From Octopus vulgaris (Eukaryota), in contig OX597826.1 of the NCBI GenBank assembly GCA_951406725.2, positions 74,772,001 through 74,836,000 of the forward strand: a stretch of 64,000 bases of DNA, written 5' to 3'. Below, in pieces: positions 1 to 14,180 of the stretch. Within the stretch, counting starts at the first letter, position 1, and each line of letters opens with the position of its first letter. Position numbers and translations under genes: made by a program. The notes under the pieces were generated by a model that worked only from the letters and a program-made list of their open reading frames with translations, was not told the origin of the DNA and made no database searches.

Positions 1-5
1 AACAG

Positions 6-65
<60 letters not shown>

Positions 66-628
66 TCATGCCCTGATGCAGTACCAGGCAGTGCCTCTCA
101 TGGCTTCTAATCTTAACTGATTGGAAGTGTTATCATGTACATTGTTTTCTCTTGGTATAAATGATGTGCTACAGCAAATATTCTGCTCAATACCACAGAT
201 TTGCTTGTCAGTTGTTTGACCATAACCAGTTGAGCATGTCCCTTTGTGGCTGACGATATGTGCATCTCTGATCACGAGCAAAAGTTTTGGGGGAGCATCA
301 TAGCCGTGTGTTGAGAGGAATTCTTGGAGGTTTGGATAATTCACCCTTGGAAACATGGGTGGTTCGTTCAACATCCATAAACAATCCTTATTCGGGGACC
401 TTTTGAGTGGGATGGGCTACTCGATCAGAAGAAAATTCTAACTGGGCCCCACCTGCAAGGTCATGCGCTGTTTATCTTGATATGAGATCACCATGTCGCG
501 CACATATGGTTGTGATGCATGTGCCTAGTGTACCCTTATCAGACGGGTAGTCATGATGGGTATATTGGGCTTCGTATATTTTACCCCAGTGTCACGTTGA
601 TGGCATGCACTGCTCTTTCAATCAATAA
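66..628 (+). mobile_element. Interspersed repeat embedded in (TAA)n, probably a non-LTR 3' UTR or non-autonomous derivative
   Basis: A homologous inverted copy lies at 26969-27480. Both copies have (TAA)n on both sides. Confidence 0.7.
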
Positions 629-629
629 A

Positions 630-666
<37 letters not shown>

Positions 667-680
667 TTAATAATAATAAT

Positions 681-744
<64 letters not shown>

Positions 745-1059
745 TGCATGCGTGTGTGTGTGCGTATGTTTGTGTGTGTTTGTATGTGTCGTGTGTGTGT
801 GTGTGTGTGTTCGTGTGTGTGTGTTATTGTGTCCATTTGTCCCCCACCACTGCTTGACAACCATTGCTGGTATGTTTACGTCCCCGTAACTTAGTGGTTC
901 AGCAAAAGAGACCGTATACCTATTTGCATACAGACACAAGTATGAACGTCTGAGGAATAAGTCTTCTCAGTGTTATAAAAGGATTTTCTTTATTCAGCTT
1001 GGTTCCATTTCAAAGAGAAATACCAACTTCAGTTTCCGTCTGCCTAAAAAGACGAATCA

Positions 1060-1347
<288 letters not shown>

Positions 1348-1595
1348 CTAGATTTGATACCATTTTCTTAAGCTTATATAAAGTAATATCGGAACATATT
1401 ATATGGCTATATGACATGAAAAGAAAATATTTTGAAAACCCGTTGAGTCAAGATAAGAACCATAAGGTCGTTTAAAAATATTGCACTCATGTAAAAGAAG
1501 TAAAGTCACTAAGTTACTTCATTACTGACCAGTTATCTGCTGAGTGACCAACCGATTATTAACTGACCCAAACACTTTACTATATTTGAACAACA

Positions 1596-1839
1596 CTCTT
1601 TTACTCTTTTACTTGTTTCAGTCATTTGACTGTGGCCATGCTGGTGCACCGCCTTTAGTCGAGCAAATCGACCCCAGGACTTATTCTTTGTAAGCCTAGT
1701 ACTTATTCTATCGGTATCATTTGTCGAACTGCTAAGTTACGGGGACGTAAACACACCAGCATCGGTTGTCAAGCGATGTTGGGGGGACAAACACAGACGC
1801 ACAAACATACACACATACACACACACACACACACACACA

Positions 1840-1929
<90 letters not shown>

Positions 1930-2091
1930 GACGGACTTCTTTCAGTTTCCGTCTGCCAAATCCACTCACAAGGCTTTGGTCGGCCCGAGGCTATAGTAGA
2001 AGACACTTGCCCAAGGTGCCACGCAGTGGGACTGAACCCGGAGCCATGTGGTTGGTAAGCAAGCTACTTACCACACAGCTACTCCTACGCC
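1596..2091 (-). mobile_element. SINE family A (tRNA-like head, CORE-like GCACCTTGGGCAAGTGTCTT, central microsatellite, AGTAAAAG tail)
   Basis: Related copies at 11750-12165(+), 14517-14840(-), 20552-20954(-), 21055-21425(-), 35479-37080(+, split), 42205-42901(-), 49177-49639(-), 49680-49885(+) and 59340-59755(+). Confidence 0.85.
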
Positions 2092-2270
2092 TATACTGTC
2101 AATGTACAAGGAAATGGAGGTTCAGCGACAAAGAAATGTCGAATTTGCTTTTATTGAACACAATTCTGACGATTTTTCGCCAACAGTTTAACACTTTTGC
2201 TCTCTCTCTCGGGCCGCTCTCTCTCGGGCCGCAGAATCACACATATAAATAGTCTGAACCATATATGCAA

Positions 2271-2416
2271 TACAGTTCTATATTTAAGAGATGAGGAATC
2301 ATGTACATTATTTACATTTGATGTAAATATGCTCACGGCCATATGGCGTAGTGGTTAAGAGCGCAGGCTGCTAACCCCAAAATTCCGAGTTCGATTCCAA
2401 ACAATGACCTGAATAC

Positions 2417-2466
<50 letters not shown>

Positions 2467-2628
2467 TCGAAAAATACCTTAGGAATGAGAATCCAGGTTC
2501 GAAATTTCCCTAAGACACCTGATGAAGGCTGGAGAGTATATCAGCCGAAACGTTGTGTGCACAACAAACAAGATGAAGACAAATATACGTCAAATGTAAA
2601 TAATGTAAATGATGTAAATAATGTACAT
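2271..2628 (+). mobile_element. Composite element: short inverted end, tRNA-like Pol III head, (AAT)n, hammerhead-bearing tail
   Basis: A box TGGCGTAGTGG at 2344-2354, B box GTTCGATTCC at 2389-2398, HHR at 2515-2558. Inverted repeat 2304-2325 / 2586-2607. Outer boundaries are approximate. Confidence 0.65.
2515..2558 (+). ncRNA. Minimal type I hammerhead ribozyme motif
   Basis: ACAC-CTGATGA-A-GGCTG(10-nt loop)CAGCC-GAAA-CGTT-GTGT. Stems I and II pair perfectly and stem III is palindromic (AACGTT). Confidence 0.75.
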
Positions 2629-2959
2629 ATATGTGAGCCTGAATACGTCATCTTTTATAGACTAACATGGCAACCAAGATAATTCTAACTCATAAATCTT
2701 CGTACATAATTTCATTGTTAGATAGCTGCTGCCGCATCTAAGAGAACAATGTCGTGTGATACTTGGATGTAATATTATCAGCTTGTGATCTGTGTGAAAA
2801 TGATAGTGTTGTTCTCGGCTTCCTAACATTGGCTTCTTTAGACGCTTATCACGACATTATGTATTTCATCTCATTAAAAGAAACGATGGATATGTGTCTT
2901 AATCAGCTTCGTAAACTTTCCATCTCTCCTCACCATTATCTCTCTCTCTTTCTCTCTTT

Positions 2960-2995
<36 letters not shown>

Positions 2996-3245
2996 ATCTA
3001 TCTATCTCTTCTATCTCTGTTTGTCCACAACAACTGCAAGCCCATACATTAGAGACATCATCATCACTGCGCAACTACCTCCACCGCCACCATCACCAGT
3101 AATAATAATAATAATACTCATTCTATTTCTGCTACACTCACCACTTTCGCCGTTACTACCATTGTTAATACCACCACCACAACCACCACCACCACAACCA
3201 CCACAATTATTGCCGTGACCATTGCTACCACTATAGATGCTACTA

Positions 3246-3480
3246 TTTATTTCTTTACTACCCACAAGGGGCTAAACATAGAGGAGACAAACAAGGACAG
3301 ACAAACGGATCAAGTCGATTGTATCGACCCCAGTGCGTAACTGGTACTTAATTTATCGACCCCGAAAAGATGAAAGGTAAAGACGACCTCGGCGGAATTT
3401 GAACTCAGAACGTAGCGGCAGATGAAATACCGCCAAATATTTCGTCCAGCGTGCTAACGTTTCTGCCAAGCTCGCCGCCT
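3246..3480 (-). mobile_element. SINE family B (tRNA-like head GGCGGCGAGCTGGCAGAA..., GCCTTTCATCCTTTCGGGGTCGATAAA body)
   Basis: Many copies in the window, with B-box-like GAGTTCAAATTCC. Confidence 0.8.
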
Positions 3481-3914
3481 TATATAGATGCTACTATTAG
3501 CACCACCACCACCACCACCACCACTAAGTTTACTACTACTACAACTATTATTACAACCAACACCATCATAGCAACTATTACCAATACAAGTATTACCGAG
3601 AGAGAGACTTATAAATAAGATTTTGAGTCTTTAATGCATTTTTCGGGAATATTTTCAACTTGAGCATCGTTAGTGATGCGAAAATAGCAACATCTCACTC
3701 AGATATTTAATGTAGCTAATAACAGGAATATTTGGTTAAAAAAACTCTCGGATGAAAGAAAAGTGAATCGGAGACTGTTCGTTGGACACGAAATTGTATC
3801 TTCTACCAACATGAAAGCTGAGCTAACAATACCACTGCCCCACGGGAAGCCTTCAATAAATTAAATAGAAAAGATTTCGTCTTAATTTTAAACTAGTTTT
3901 CTATACACTTAAAA

Positions 3915-4280
3915 TACTAAAGAAAGCTGATCAGAAGAGAATTAATGTATTCGAGCTTTGTTGTTGGAGAAGACTTTTACGGATTCCATGGACAGCGAGG
4001 CTCACCAATGGAGAAGTTCTTAACCAGATCAAGCCGAAACTGTCGCTAGAAGCTAGGATCACCAAGCATAGATTGGCATATTTCAGTCATATTATGCGGA
4101 GAAAATCCCTGTAGAAGGACATTATGCTCGGAATGGTCAGTGGCAAGAGAGGAAGAGGCCGACCAAGAACCCGCTGGCTTGACACCATCAAGAATGACAC
4201 GGAAATGGCCATGGCCAGTCTGAAAGAAGCGACCCAGGATCGAACTGGCTGGAGAACACTAATCCATCGAGTAACCGAGA
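3915..4280 (+). mobile_element. RTE-clade LINE ORF2 3' fragment (decayed)
   Basis: Translates to KKADQKRINVFELCCWRRLLRIPWTARLTN...YFSHIMRR..*KDIMLGMVSGKRGRGRPRTRWLD, the typical RTE/BovB-like C-terminus. One in-frame stop. Confidence 0.88.
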
Positions 4281-4869
4281 ATAAAAGAATATATCGTTTT
4301 TAATGGTGTAACACGAAGTAATTAAAACTATAAATATTAGCATTTAGAATATTGGGTTAAAAAAAACTCTGGCATGCAAAAAAAAAAATGTCGTCGGGGA
4401 CTGTATGTAAGACATGAACCTGCAATTTCTGCGTAGATGACAGAACCGCAACCAGTACCACTGACCCACAGACAGCCCTCGACGCTTCTGTTCAGGAATA
4501 ATTTGGTTTTTACTTTTTAAATCAGTTTTCTCTGTACTTTTCCTTATAGCTTTATCTATCTTCGAGTTCCACCAATACAATTTCTTTCACATCACGCGAA
4601 GTTGCTATATTCTTATGATGAGTCTTTTTTTTATATTTTAAGCATTTATTGGCTATTAAATCCTGTAGGTAAGGCATGAGGATCTCGAAGTAGCTAAAAC
4701 TATAAATCATAGCTTGTAGAATATTGAGTTAAAAAATTTCTAGAATGGAAAAAAGATTCGGACATTGTTCGTTCGATTGAGACCCGCACCAAATCTGGAC
4801 ATATGTGCTCGATATGACCACATCTCGCACAAGCATACACACATATATACATTCACACATTTAGATAGT

Positions 4870-5032
<163 letters not shown>

Positions 5033-5414
5033 AGTTGACGTTATCAGAATCTATAACCTTCAAGACAACATAGTAAAATTATTTTGGGGGGAACTTGAAG
5101 CAGATAAAGCTATAAATAAAAGCGCGTAAAATATTGAGTTTTAAAAACCTTCGGATAGAAAACGTTGACGGCTTCCGGTGGGACTCGATCTCGCATCTCA
5201 TGTAAATCGTATAGAGAAATTCTAAGGATTGCTTTGATACAGTGGTAGAATGCCTCCCATGTTTATAGAAGACGTGGTTTAGAGCAACTTAACGATTTTT
5301 GCCGTCCAAAGAGGTTTTCTAACCTGGTATTTGCACGCTATTATTTATAGCTTATCTGCTTCGAGTTACAGAAAAGAATTAATTCATGTGTGTGTGTGTG
5401 TGTGTGTGTGTCTA

Positions 5415-5578
5415 TTACATACATACATAAATACATACATATACATGCATGCGTACATACACACACACGCACGCACACAACACACACACACATACATACA
5501 CACGCATACATACATACATGTATGCATACATACATACATACATACATACATACACACACACATACATACATACATGCA

Positions 5579-5611
<33 letters not shown>

Positions 5612-6960
5612 GCATACATACATACACACACATACATACATACATACATACATACACACACATACATACATACACACACATACATACATACACACGCATA
5701 CATACATACACACACACATACATACATACATACACACGCATACACACATACATACATACATACATACATACATACATACATACACACACATACATACACA
5801 CACATACATACATACATACATACATACATACACACGCATACATACATACATTTATGCATACATACACACGCATACACACATACATACATACATACATACA
5901 TACATACATACATACATACATACACACACATACATACATACACATACATACATACATACATACATACACACACACATACATACATACATACACACACACA
6001 TACATACATACATACATACATATACATACATACACACACACACATACATACATACACACACACACATACATACATAAATACATACATACATACATACATA
6101 AATACATACATACATACATACATACATACATACATACATACATACATACATACATACATACATACATACATACATACATACATACATACATACATACATA
6201 CATACATACACACACACACATACATACATACATACATACACACACACATACATACATACATACATACATACATACATACATACATACATACACACACACA
6301 TACATACATACATACACACACATACATACATACACACACACACATACATACATACATACATACATACATACATACATACACACGCATACATACATACATT
6401 TATGCATACATACATACATACATACATACATACATACATACATACATACATACATACACACACATACATACATACATACATACATACATACATACATACA
6501 CACACACATACATACATACATACATACATACATACATACACACACATACATACATACATACATACATACATACATACATACATACATACATACATACATA
6601 CATACATACATACATACATACATACATACATACATACATACATACATACATACATACATACATACATACACACATACATACATACATACATACATACATA
6701 CATACATACATACATACATACATACATACATACATACATACATACATACATACATACATACATACATACATACATACATACATACATACATACATACATA
6801 CATACATACACACACACATACATACATACATACATACATACATACATACATACATACATACATACATACATACACACACATACATACATACATACATACA
6901 TACATACATACATACATACATACATACATACATACATACATACATACATACATACATACA
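5415..6960. repeat. About 1.5 kb (TACA)n/(CA)n microsatellite
   Basis: Direct inspection. It is the source of the HTYI/MYVC pseudo-ORFs. Confidence 0.97.
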
Positions 6961-7247
6961 TGCGTGCAGGTGGTGAAAGATCAATTGCGTTCTGGACATC
7001 TGTGCCCCTGACAAATGCATTCTGATCATAAATATCCTGGACATTTGCTTTATCTTTTTGATATGGCGTCCAGGTCATTTGCGTCCTGTCTCTGCATGCT
7101 GCCAACAAACCCTCGCTTGAAACTTCATTTCGAAAGGTCACGTTATAACGAGAGACCTAAGGACGGTTTCGGTTACATATCTTTCGACAGTTCACGAAAC
7201 CGTCATCCGTCCGCAGCTATCATGTTCAAAGTTTTCCTGTGAAGAAA

Positions 7248-7627
7248 TCTATATATATATAAAGCTGAAGTTGTCTGTGTGTGGCAGGTTTGGTAGCCTT
7301 CAACTAACACTATCTCCTCCGAGACCCTGCAGCGCAAGTTGACCAAAATTGAGAGTATGATAGAAGAAGGCTTGCTCTTCAATTCGGACCATGTTAACAC
7401 CAAAAAATGTTTACATCAAAAAGGTGCTTTTTTTTTCTATGAAAATTCCTATTGTTTACGAATTTTTTCACCGCTGTGTCGTCATTTTTCGGTGTATTTC
7501 AACCAGAAAAATGTTTACTTAAAGAGAATAACAAGCTACATAATGCAAAATTTTTACGTTTCAAAGATTCCGATTCTAAAGGGTCGAAAAGAAAACAAGC
7601 CCGAGTAACGCTGGATTATGCTGCTAG
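7248..7627 (+). mobile_element. Non-autonomous Helitron
   Basis: 5' end A|TCTATATATA..., 3' end ...CTAG|T, imperfect subterminal hairpin CCGAGTAACGCTGG, no TSD. Confidence 0.72.
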
Positions 7628-8261
7628 TCTATGATATTCCTTCCATTTACATCTGTTTCCACCACATATGATACTCACACTTAATGAACATCGTACGAAC
7701 AATTTGTATAGGCTCGTTCCTAAGCCAACATTTGTCATTCAAGCGAAGAATTACATGTATTTTTGAAAATGTTATCTTTTTGCAACGCTTCAAACATATT
7801 TTCCTCTTTTCTTGAAAGTTAAATATTTTACACCCTCCATATTTCCCTTTCGAAATCCAAAACCGAATCTGTTAACTTCTTAATTTCTGTAACACGACGA
7901 ATTTTATTATTAGTATATTATCGTTGTTTATATTATTGCATACATACATACATACATACATACATACATACATACATACATACATACATACATACATACA
8001 TACATGCACACACACACATACATACATGCACACACACACATACATACATGCACACACACACATACACACACACATACATACATACATACATAAAAACATA
8101 CGTACATACATACATACATATATGTGTGTGTATGCTTGTATGTATGTATGTATGTATGTATGTATGTATGTATAGATAGACAGGCAGGTAGATAGATAGA
8201 TAGATAGATATGCAGACAGACCGACAGACAGACAGACAGATAGATAGACAGATAGACATAA

Positions 8262-8366
<105 letters not shown>

Positions 8367-8397
8367 GAGAAAGATAGATAGATAGATATATAGATAA

Positions 8398-8468
<71 letters not shown>

Positions 8469-9979
8469 TTAATGGAATCGCTGCACAACGTATATTCCGG
8501 TAGCTTCTGGAACTAAACATAACTCTCCAATGATGGAGACTCGGCTTGCTGGTCTTGCATGACGAGAAATATAAAACACAATGTAAAAGAGAAACAACAA
8601 AAAAAAAAGAAGAATATGTAAAAGCGAGCAAAGGAAAGAGTGGCCAAAACTGGACTGACATGAAGAACGGGTTTGGTCAGAGGTGAGAGAGGAACTGCTC
8701 ACAAGTAATGCAATCGCCAACGGAACTCCCATCGTTTGTCTACAATTACCCTAAAATGGATGCTTTTTTAAGCAGCTTGGGATCGGGTACTCTGTAAGGG
8801 TTGCCTGTAGTACATACTTTACGAAAATAAACAAAGTAGATGTAAATATACAGGGACGCCAATGACCGGGGCATATTTAACCAGGGCATAATCTTCCAGA
8901 AGGCGAGTGGCTTGGTGGTTAGGGATTCGGATTACGATCTTAAGGTTGTGAGTTCGGTTTCTGGCGGCGTGTTGTGTCCTTGGGCAAGACACTTTATTTC
9001 ACGTTCCTCCAGTTCACTCAGCTGTCAAAAATGAGAGAAATGAGTAGTACCAGTAATTCAGGGAGTCGGCTTTGTCACATTCTATGTCACGCCAAATCTT
9101 TCTTGGGTACGTTAATGGTATACGTGTCAATGGAGTGCTGAAAAACTTGGACGCTCAGTTCACGAGCAGGCTTTTCCGTTGATCGGAATAACAGGAACCC
9201 TTGTCACTGTAACCGATGGAGTACCAGTGGTAGTAATCTACCAGAAAAAAAAAGAAATACCTTACTATCCATGCGATTTCATTTAGCTGTGTTGCCTGTT
9301 TAGAGTTTAACCACGCAGACGCATTTAGTTTCATCCTGTATATAAGTTACCTGCTTGTGTTCAAAAGTGTCCACACGCAACTGGAGTCATGTCGAGCCTA
9401 CACACACACACATACACATACACACACACACACACATATATTCATCACACTGTCCAATTCTTGTTGGCCCTCATCAGAAATGAACGGCTTAAAGAACTGT
9501 AAGTTTACGCAGATCCTGCCACGTTGATTACGGTATGGACAGGCAATCCAGTATGGCAGAATCTACGTAAACATCTGATGTTGGACCTTTGTGTCTGAAA
9601 TATATAAACCTTACTCAGCCTTTCCTTCTTTCATTGTTAGTGACCCAGCGTCTTCATTATTTGTTATTTTACTTTTGTATGGTAATCTTTCAATCAAACT
9701 ACAATGCTCTTCTAATATTTATTCTAAGATAGAAAACAAACAGTTCTTTATCTTTAAGGGAAACTGGTATTCTATATAAGAGATATTGTCTACCAAGTCA
9801 TTCATACACACATACGCACACGCATATAAATATATCCATACATGCACACACCTCCGCTCACTCACATGCAGACACATGCAAATAATATACTCTCACACAT
9901 ATAAATTCACCGACAAGCATGCATACGCTCACAAACATGTACATACACACGCACAAATGCAACACACACACACACATGT

Positions 9980-10105
<126 letters not shown>

Positions 10106-10154
10106 ATATATATATATATATAATATATATATATATATATGTATATATATATTT

Positions 10155-10209
<55 letters not shown>

Positions 10210-10613
10210 TATGTATGTATGTATGTATGTATACACGCTCTCACGCACACAACATACATACGTATACATAAGCATATACCTATGTGTGTAGGCTGCGCAT
10301 AAAAAAGAGGAAACATAAGAATAGTAAAAAAAAGTAGTTCAAAATTCATGAATCGATGTGAAACGATGCTTCTATGAATATCCATCTATAACTGGATCAT
10401 ATCCGGTTCTATAAAACATTACATAGGTTAAATAGAAAGATATTAAATATTTATATCACTCATTAGTAGTCTTAGGTTTCCAGCTGTTTTCTGAAAAACC
10501 GTTGGCTTTTAAACAACTTTGGGATTGCAATGGGAACTAGGATGGGCCTCAGTCACGCTAACCTGTTCGTTGGTCACGCTTTGGCTCAATCTTCAGTTCA
10601 CTGGTCCCACCAG

Positions 10614-10785
10614 CAGTGCTGTAACTATAATGTGTGTTGTCCGAGACAGCCATGGAACTTGCCTCCTCTCGAAACCCCACAGCGTGTACAGGTTTATGCA
10701 GCAAGCCAAAAGGCGCCATCCTCAAAGGCGTCATCCGAGGTGGACCAACCCTCGTCCACCACCACCGCCACCAACGACGCTGCTG
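10614..10785. mobile_element. hAT-type MITE
   Basis: Perfect 8-bp TSD CCCACCAG (10606-10613, 10786-10793). CAG...CTG ends with degenerate TIRs. Confidence 0.6.
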
Positions 10786-10798
10786 CCCACCAGAGCTA

Positions 10799-11183
10799 TG
10801 GAAGCACTCCGTCGGTTACGACGACGAGGGTTCCGGTTGATCCGAATCAACGGAACAGCCTGCTCGTGAAATTAACGTGTAAGTGGCTGAGCACTCCACA
10901 GACACGTGTACCCTTAACGCAGTTCTCGGGGATATTCAGCGTGACACAGAGAGTGACAAGGTCGGCCCCTTGAAATACAGGTACAACAGAAACAGGAAGT
11001 AAGAGTGAGAGAAAGTTGTGGTGAAAGAGTACAGCAGGGATCACCACCATCCCCTGCCGGAGCCTCGTGGAGCTTTTAGGTGTTTTCGCTCAATAAACAC
11101 TCACAACGCCCGGTCTGGGAATCGAAACCGCGATCCTATGACCGCGAGTCCGCTGCCCTAACCACTGGGCCATTGCGCCTCCA
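10799..11183 (-). mobile_element. SINE family C (tRNA-like head GGAGGCGCAATGGCCCAGTGGTTAGGGCAGCGG..GGTTTCGATTCC), young copy
   Basis: Near-identical to 25357-25739 and 41547-41937. A and B boxes present. Confidence 0.88.
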
Positions 11184-11749
11184 CTATACGATTATTGCGT
11201 TGACGATTGTATCGACACAACCTCTCTTACCCACGCATACCTAAATTCTTACATCACCTTTGTCATTCTTTCCATGCTGCCATCCCTATCACATGTCAAC
11301 TTTTTTGACATCTCCGTTTCCATTGACTACACCAACTTCACCGTCTTTACCTCAATAAATTTACAAAGCCTCCGGTTCCTATTCTGCTTTCATTTCACTC
11401 CATATAATCTGCTATTTTCTCATTCTAATTCCTTTGCCCCTGCTGCCGCGCTAGCAGCCACAACCCCGACTTTGAGACCCAGTTTCATTAACATGGCCCA
11501 TCACGTTGCACGATACTGCAATCTCCAAACATCGAACAATGCCCCTTACCTGCGCCTGCATAATCTTCACTTCATTTGGACTACTCAACAACAACATCAA
11601 CAACAAAAATCTTTTCGATCCAATAAACATGGCTCAATGAAAATCTCCATAGGTGCCTTCTACATATCCGAGATAATCACACATATAATACGGTAAGTTG
11701 TAAAACTCCAGTTAATTATCAGAGTTTAACAATGCTAACAGTAGGCATA

Positions 11750-12165
11750 GGCGTAAGAGTGGCTGTGTGGTAAGTAGAGCGCTTACGAACCACATGGTTC
11801 CGGGTTCAGTCCCACTGTGTGGCACCTTGGGCAAGTGTCTTCTACCAAAGCCTCGGGCCGACCAAAGCCTTGTGAGTGGATTTGGTTGACGGAAACTGAA
11901 AAGAAGCACGTCGTATATATTTATAAATATATATGTGTGTGTATATGTTTGTGTGTCTGTGTTTGTACCCACCCACCCCCAACATCGCTTGACAACCGAT
12001 GCTGGTGTGTTTACGCCGCCGTAACTTAGCGGTTCGGCAAAAGTGACCGATAGAATAAGTACTAGGCTTACAAATAAGTCCTGGGGTCGATTTGCTCGAC
12101 TAAAAGCGGTGCTCCCGCATGACCACAGTCAAATGACTGAAACAAGTAAAAGAGTAAAAGAGTAA
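11750..12165 (+). mobile_element. SINE family A
   Basis: Full head-to-tail match to 1596-2091. Confidence 0.85.
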
Positions 12166-13278
12166 AGGAGCAGGTAAAAACTCACTCAAAATAAGCAAGG
12201 GGCGTAACTCTGATTAGGTCAGACAAACGAAATTTTAGGATTACTCGGAAGGGAGAGGACCCTGTTTTTAAAGCCTAAAAGTTAATATGCCAAAACTTTT
12301 GCCCTTCATCCGATAAAATTTTACATGGCACCTAAACGTTGGGTTGAAATTGTCATAAATGGTGTTTGCTCTAATAAGGCTGGCTTGGAGACTACACGGC
12401 AAGAAACTTAGGACCCTACCAACCTCCCCGATCATCAAAACAACCACCACCCCCACCAGTCGACCACTACGTCCATCAACACCGCACGCTACCATCACTG
12501 CCATACGGCTACCACTACAGTCATCATCATTACTATCATTATCATTCTCAGCAGTATCCCCACCATCACCGTGAACATCATCACCATTACCATCACCCGG
12601 GACCACCACCATCACCATCACCATCACCATCATCAACATATCTATCATCTGCTATAAGTAGCATTCCTACCATTATCAACATCACAATCAACAAAATCGC
12701 CATTACGATCGCCAACAACATAAGCCCCTATCCTTTCTGATGGGTGACTGAACGCCGCCGCATTAAGGGAGAGATAAGGGGCCCAGACGGGAGAGTTACC
12801 GGAAAAGGAAGCGGTTGTATTTCATCAGATCTGACAGGTTTGAGGCAAAGGTGATCCGTATTTTATGATGTGTAAATATTTATGTGTCAGTGTTAATCTG
12901 TCCTGCTTCATCACTGCTGTTGTACTAATGAGAACGATGGCAGATGGAGGAGGATGAGGTGGGGGGCTGATACAGAAGAAAGATGGAGGAGGAGGAGGAG
13001 GATATGATAAGAGATAGAGAAAGAAAGCGCGAAAGGTGGAAATTATCGATGCGATTAGGGCAGCTGAAAGACGGAAGGAGAGAAGAACCTTCTAAATGAA
13101 AGAGAAACATAAAATTATTATGAATGAAAATAAGAAATGTGTGAATGAGTTAGAGGGAGAAAGAGAAAAATTGATAATAAAAAAAATTAGAGAAAAGGAG
13201 AGAGAAAGACGAACGAAATAAAGTGGGACCAGGAAAAAAACAGTAGACAAGGTAAAGAAGGTTTTAATGTTTCATTGA

Positions 13279-14180
13279 AGGTGGTGAACTGGCAGAAACG
13301 TTAGCACGCTGGGCGAAATGCGTAGCCGTATTTCGTCTGCCGTTACGTTCTGAGTTCAAATTCCGCCGAGGTCGACTTTGCCTTTCATCCATTCGGGGTC
13401 GATAAATTAAGTACCAGTTACGCACTGGAGTCGATATAATCGACTTAATCCGTTTGTCTGTCCTTGTTTGTCCCCTCTGTGTTTAGCCCCTTGTGAGTAG
13501 TAAAGAAATAGACATTTCGTCTGCCTTTACGTTCTGAGTTCAAGTTCCGCCGAGGTCGACTTTACCTTTAATCCTTTCGAGGTTGATAAAATAAGTTGAA
13601 GATGGTGAGCTGGCAGAAACGTTAGCACGCTGGGCGAAATGCTTTGCAGTATTTCGTCTGTCGCTACGTTCTGAGTTCAAATTCCGCCGAGGTCGACTTT
13701 GCCTTTCATCCATTCGGGGTCGATAAATTAAGTACCAGTTACGCACTGGGGTCGATGTAATTGACTTAATCCGTTTGTCTGTCCTTGTTTGTCTCCTCTA
13801 TGTTTAGCCCCTTGTAGGTACTAAAGAAATAGGTATTTCGTCTGTCGCTACGTTCTGAGTTCAAATTCCGCCGAGGTCGACTTTGCCTTTCATCCATTCG
13901 GGGTCGATAAATTAAGTACCAGTTTCGCACTGGGGTCGATATAATCGACTTAATCCGTTTGTCTGTCCTTGTTTGTCCCATCTGTGTGTAGCCCCTTGTG
14001 GGTAGTAAAGAAATAGGTATTTCGTCTGTCTTTATGTTCTGAGTTCAAATTCCACCGAGGTCAACTTTGCCTTTCATCTATTCGGTGTCGATAAATTAAG
14101 TACCACGTGTGTACTGGGGTCGATCTAAACGGCTGGCCCCCTCCCCCAAAATTTCGGGCCTCGTGCCTAGAGTGGAAAGG
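13279..14180 (+). mobile_element. SINE family B multimer (about 184-bp internal unit repeated)
   Basis: The junction AAAGAAATAGGTATTTCGTC recurs, e.g. at 13832 and 14016. Confidence 0.85.

Larger units (their letters stand above)
10510..11500 (+). pseudogene. Decayed Penelope-like element reverse transcriptase, interrupted by a MITE and a SINE
   Basis: GIAMGTRMGLSHANLFVGH (about 10521-10577), FTGPT, then after the insertions LYDYCVDDCIDTTS (decayed YxDD), HVNFFDISVSI and FL...SHNPDFETQ. This motif order is typical of PLE RTs. Confidence 0.75.

Noticed and set aside
2337-2400. tRNA gene (also the heads of SINE families A-C)
   Set aside because: A and B boxes are present but there is no acceptor stem or complete cloverleaf, so these are SINE-type heads.
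5331-7141. Long ORFs up to 528 aa (HTYI/MYVC repeats), and similar poly-amino-acid ORFs across the window
   Set aside because: They are translations of stop-free microsatellites, open in several frames on both strands.
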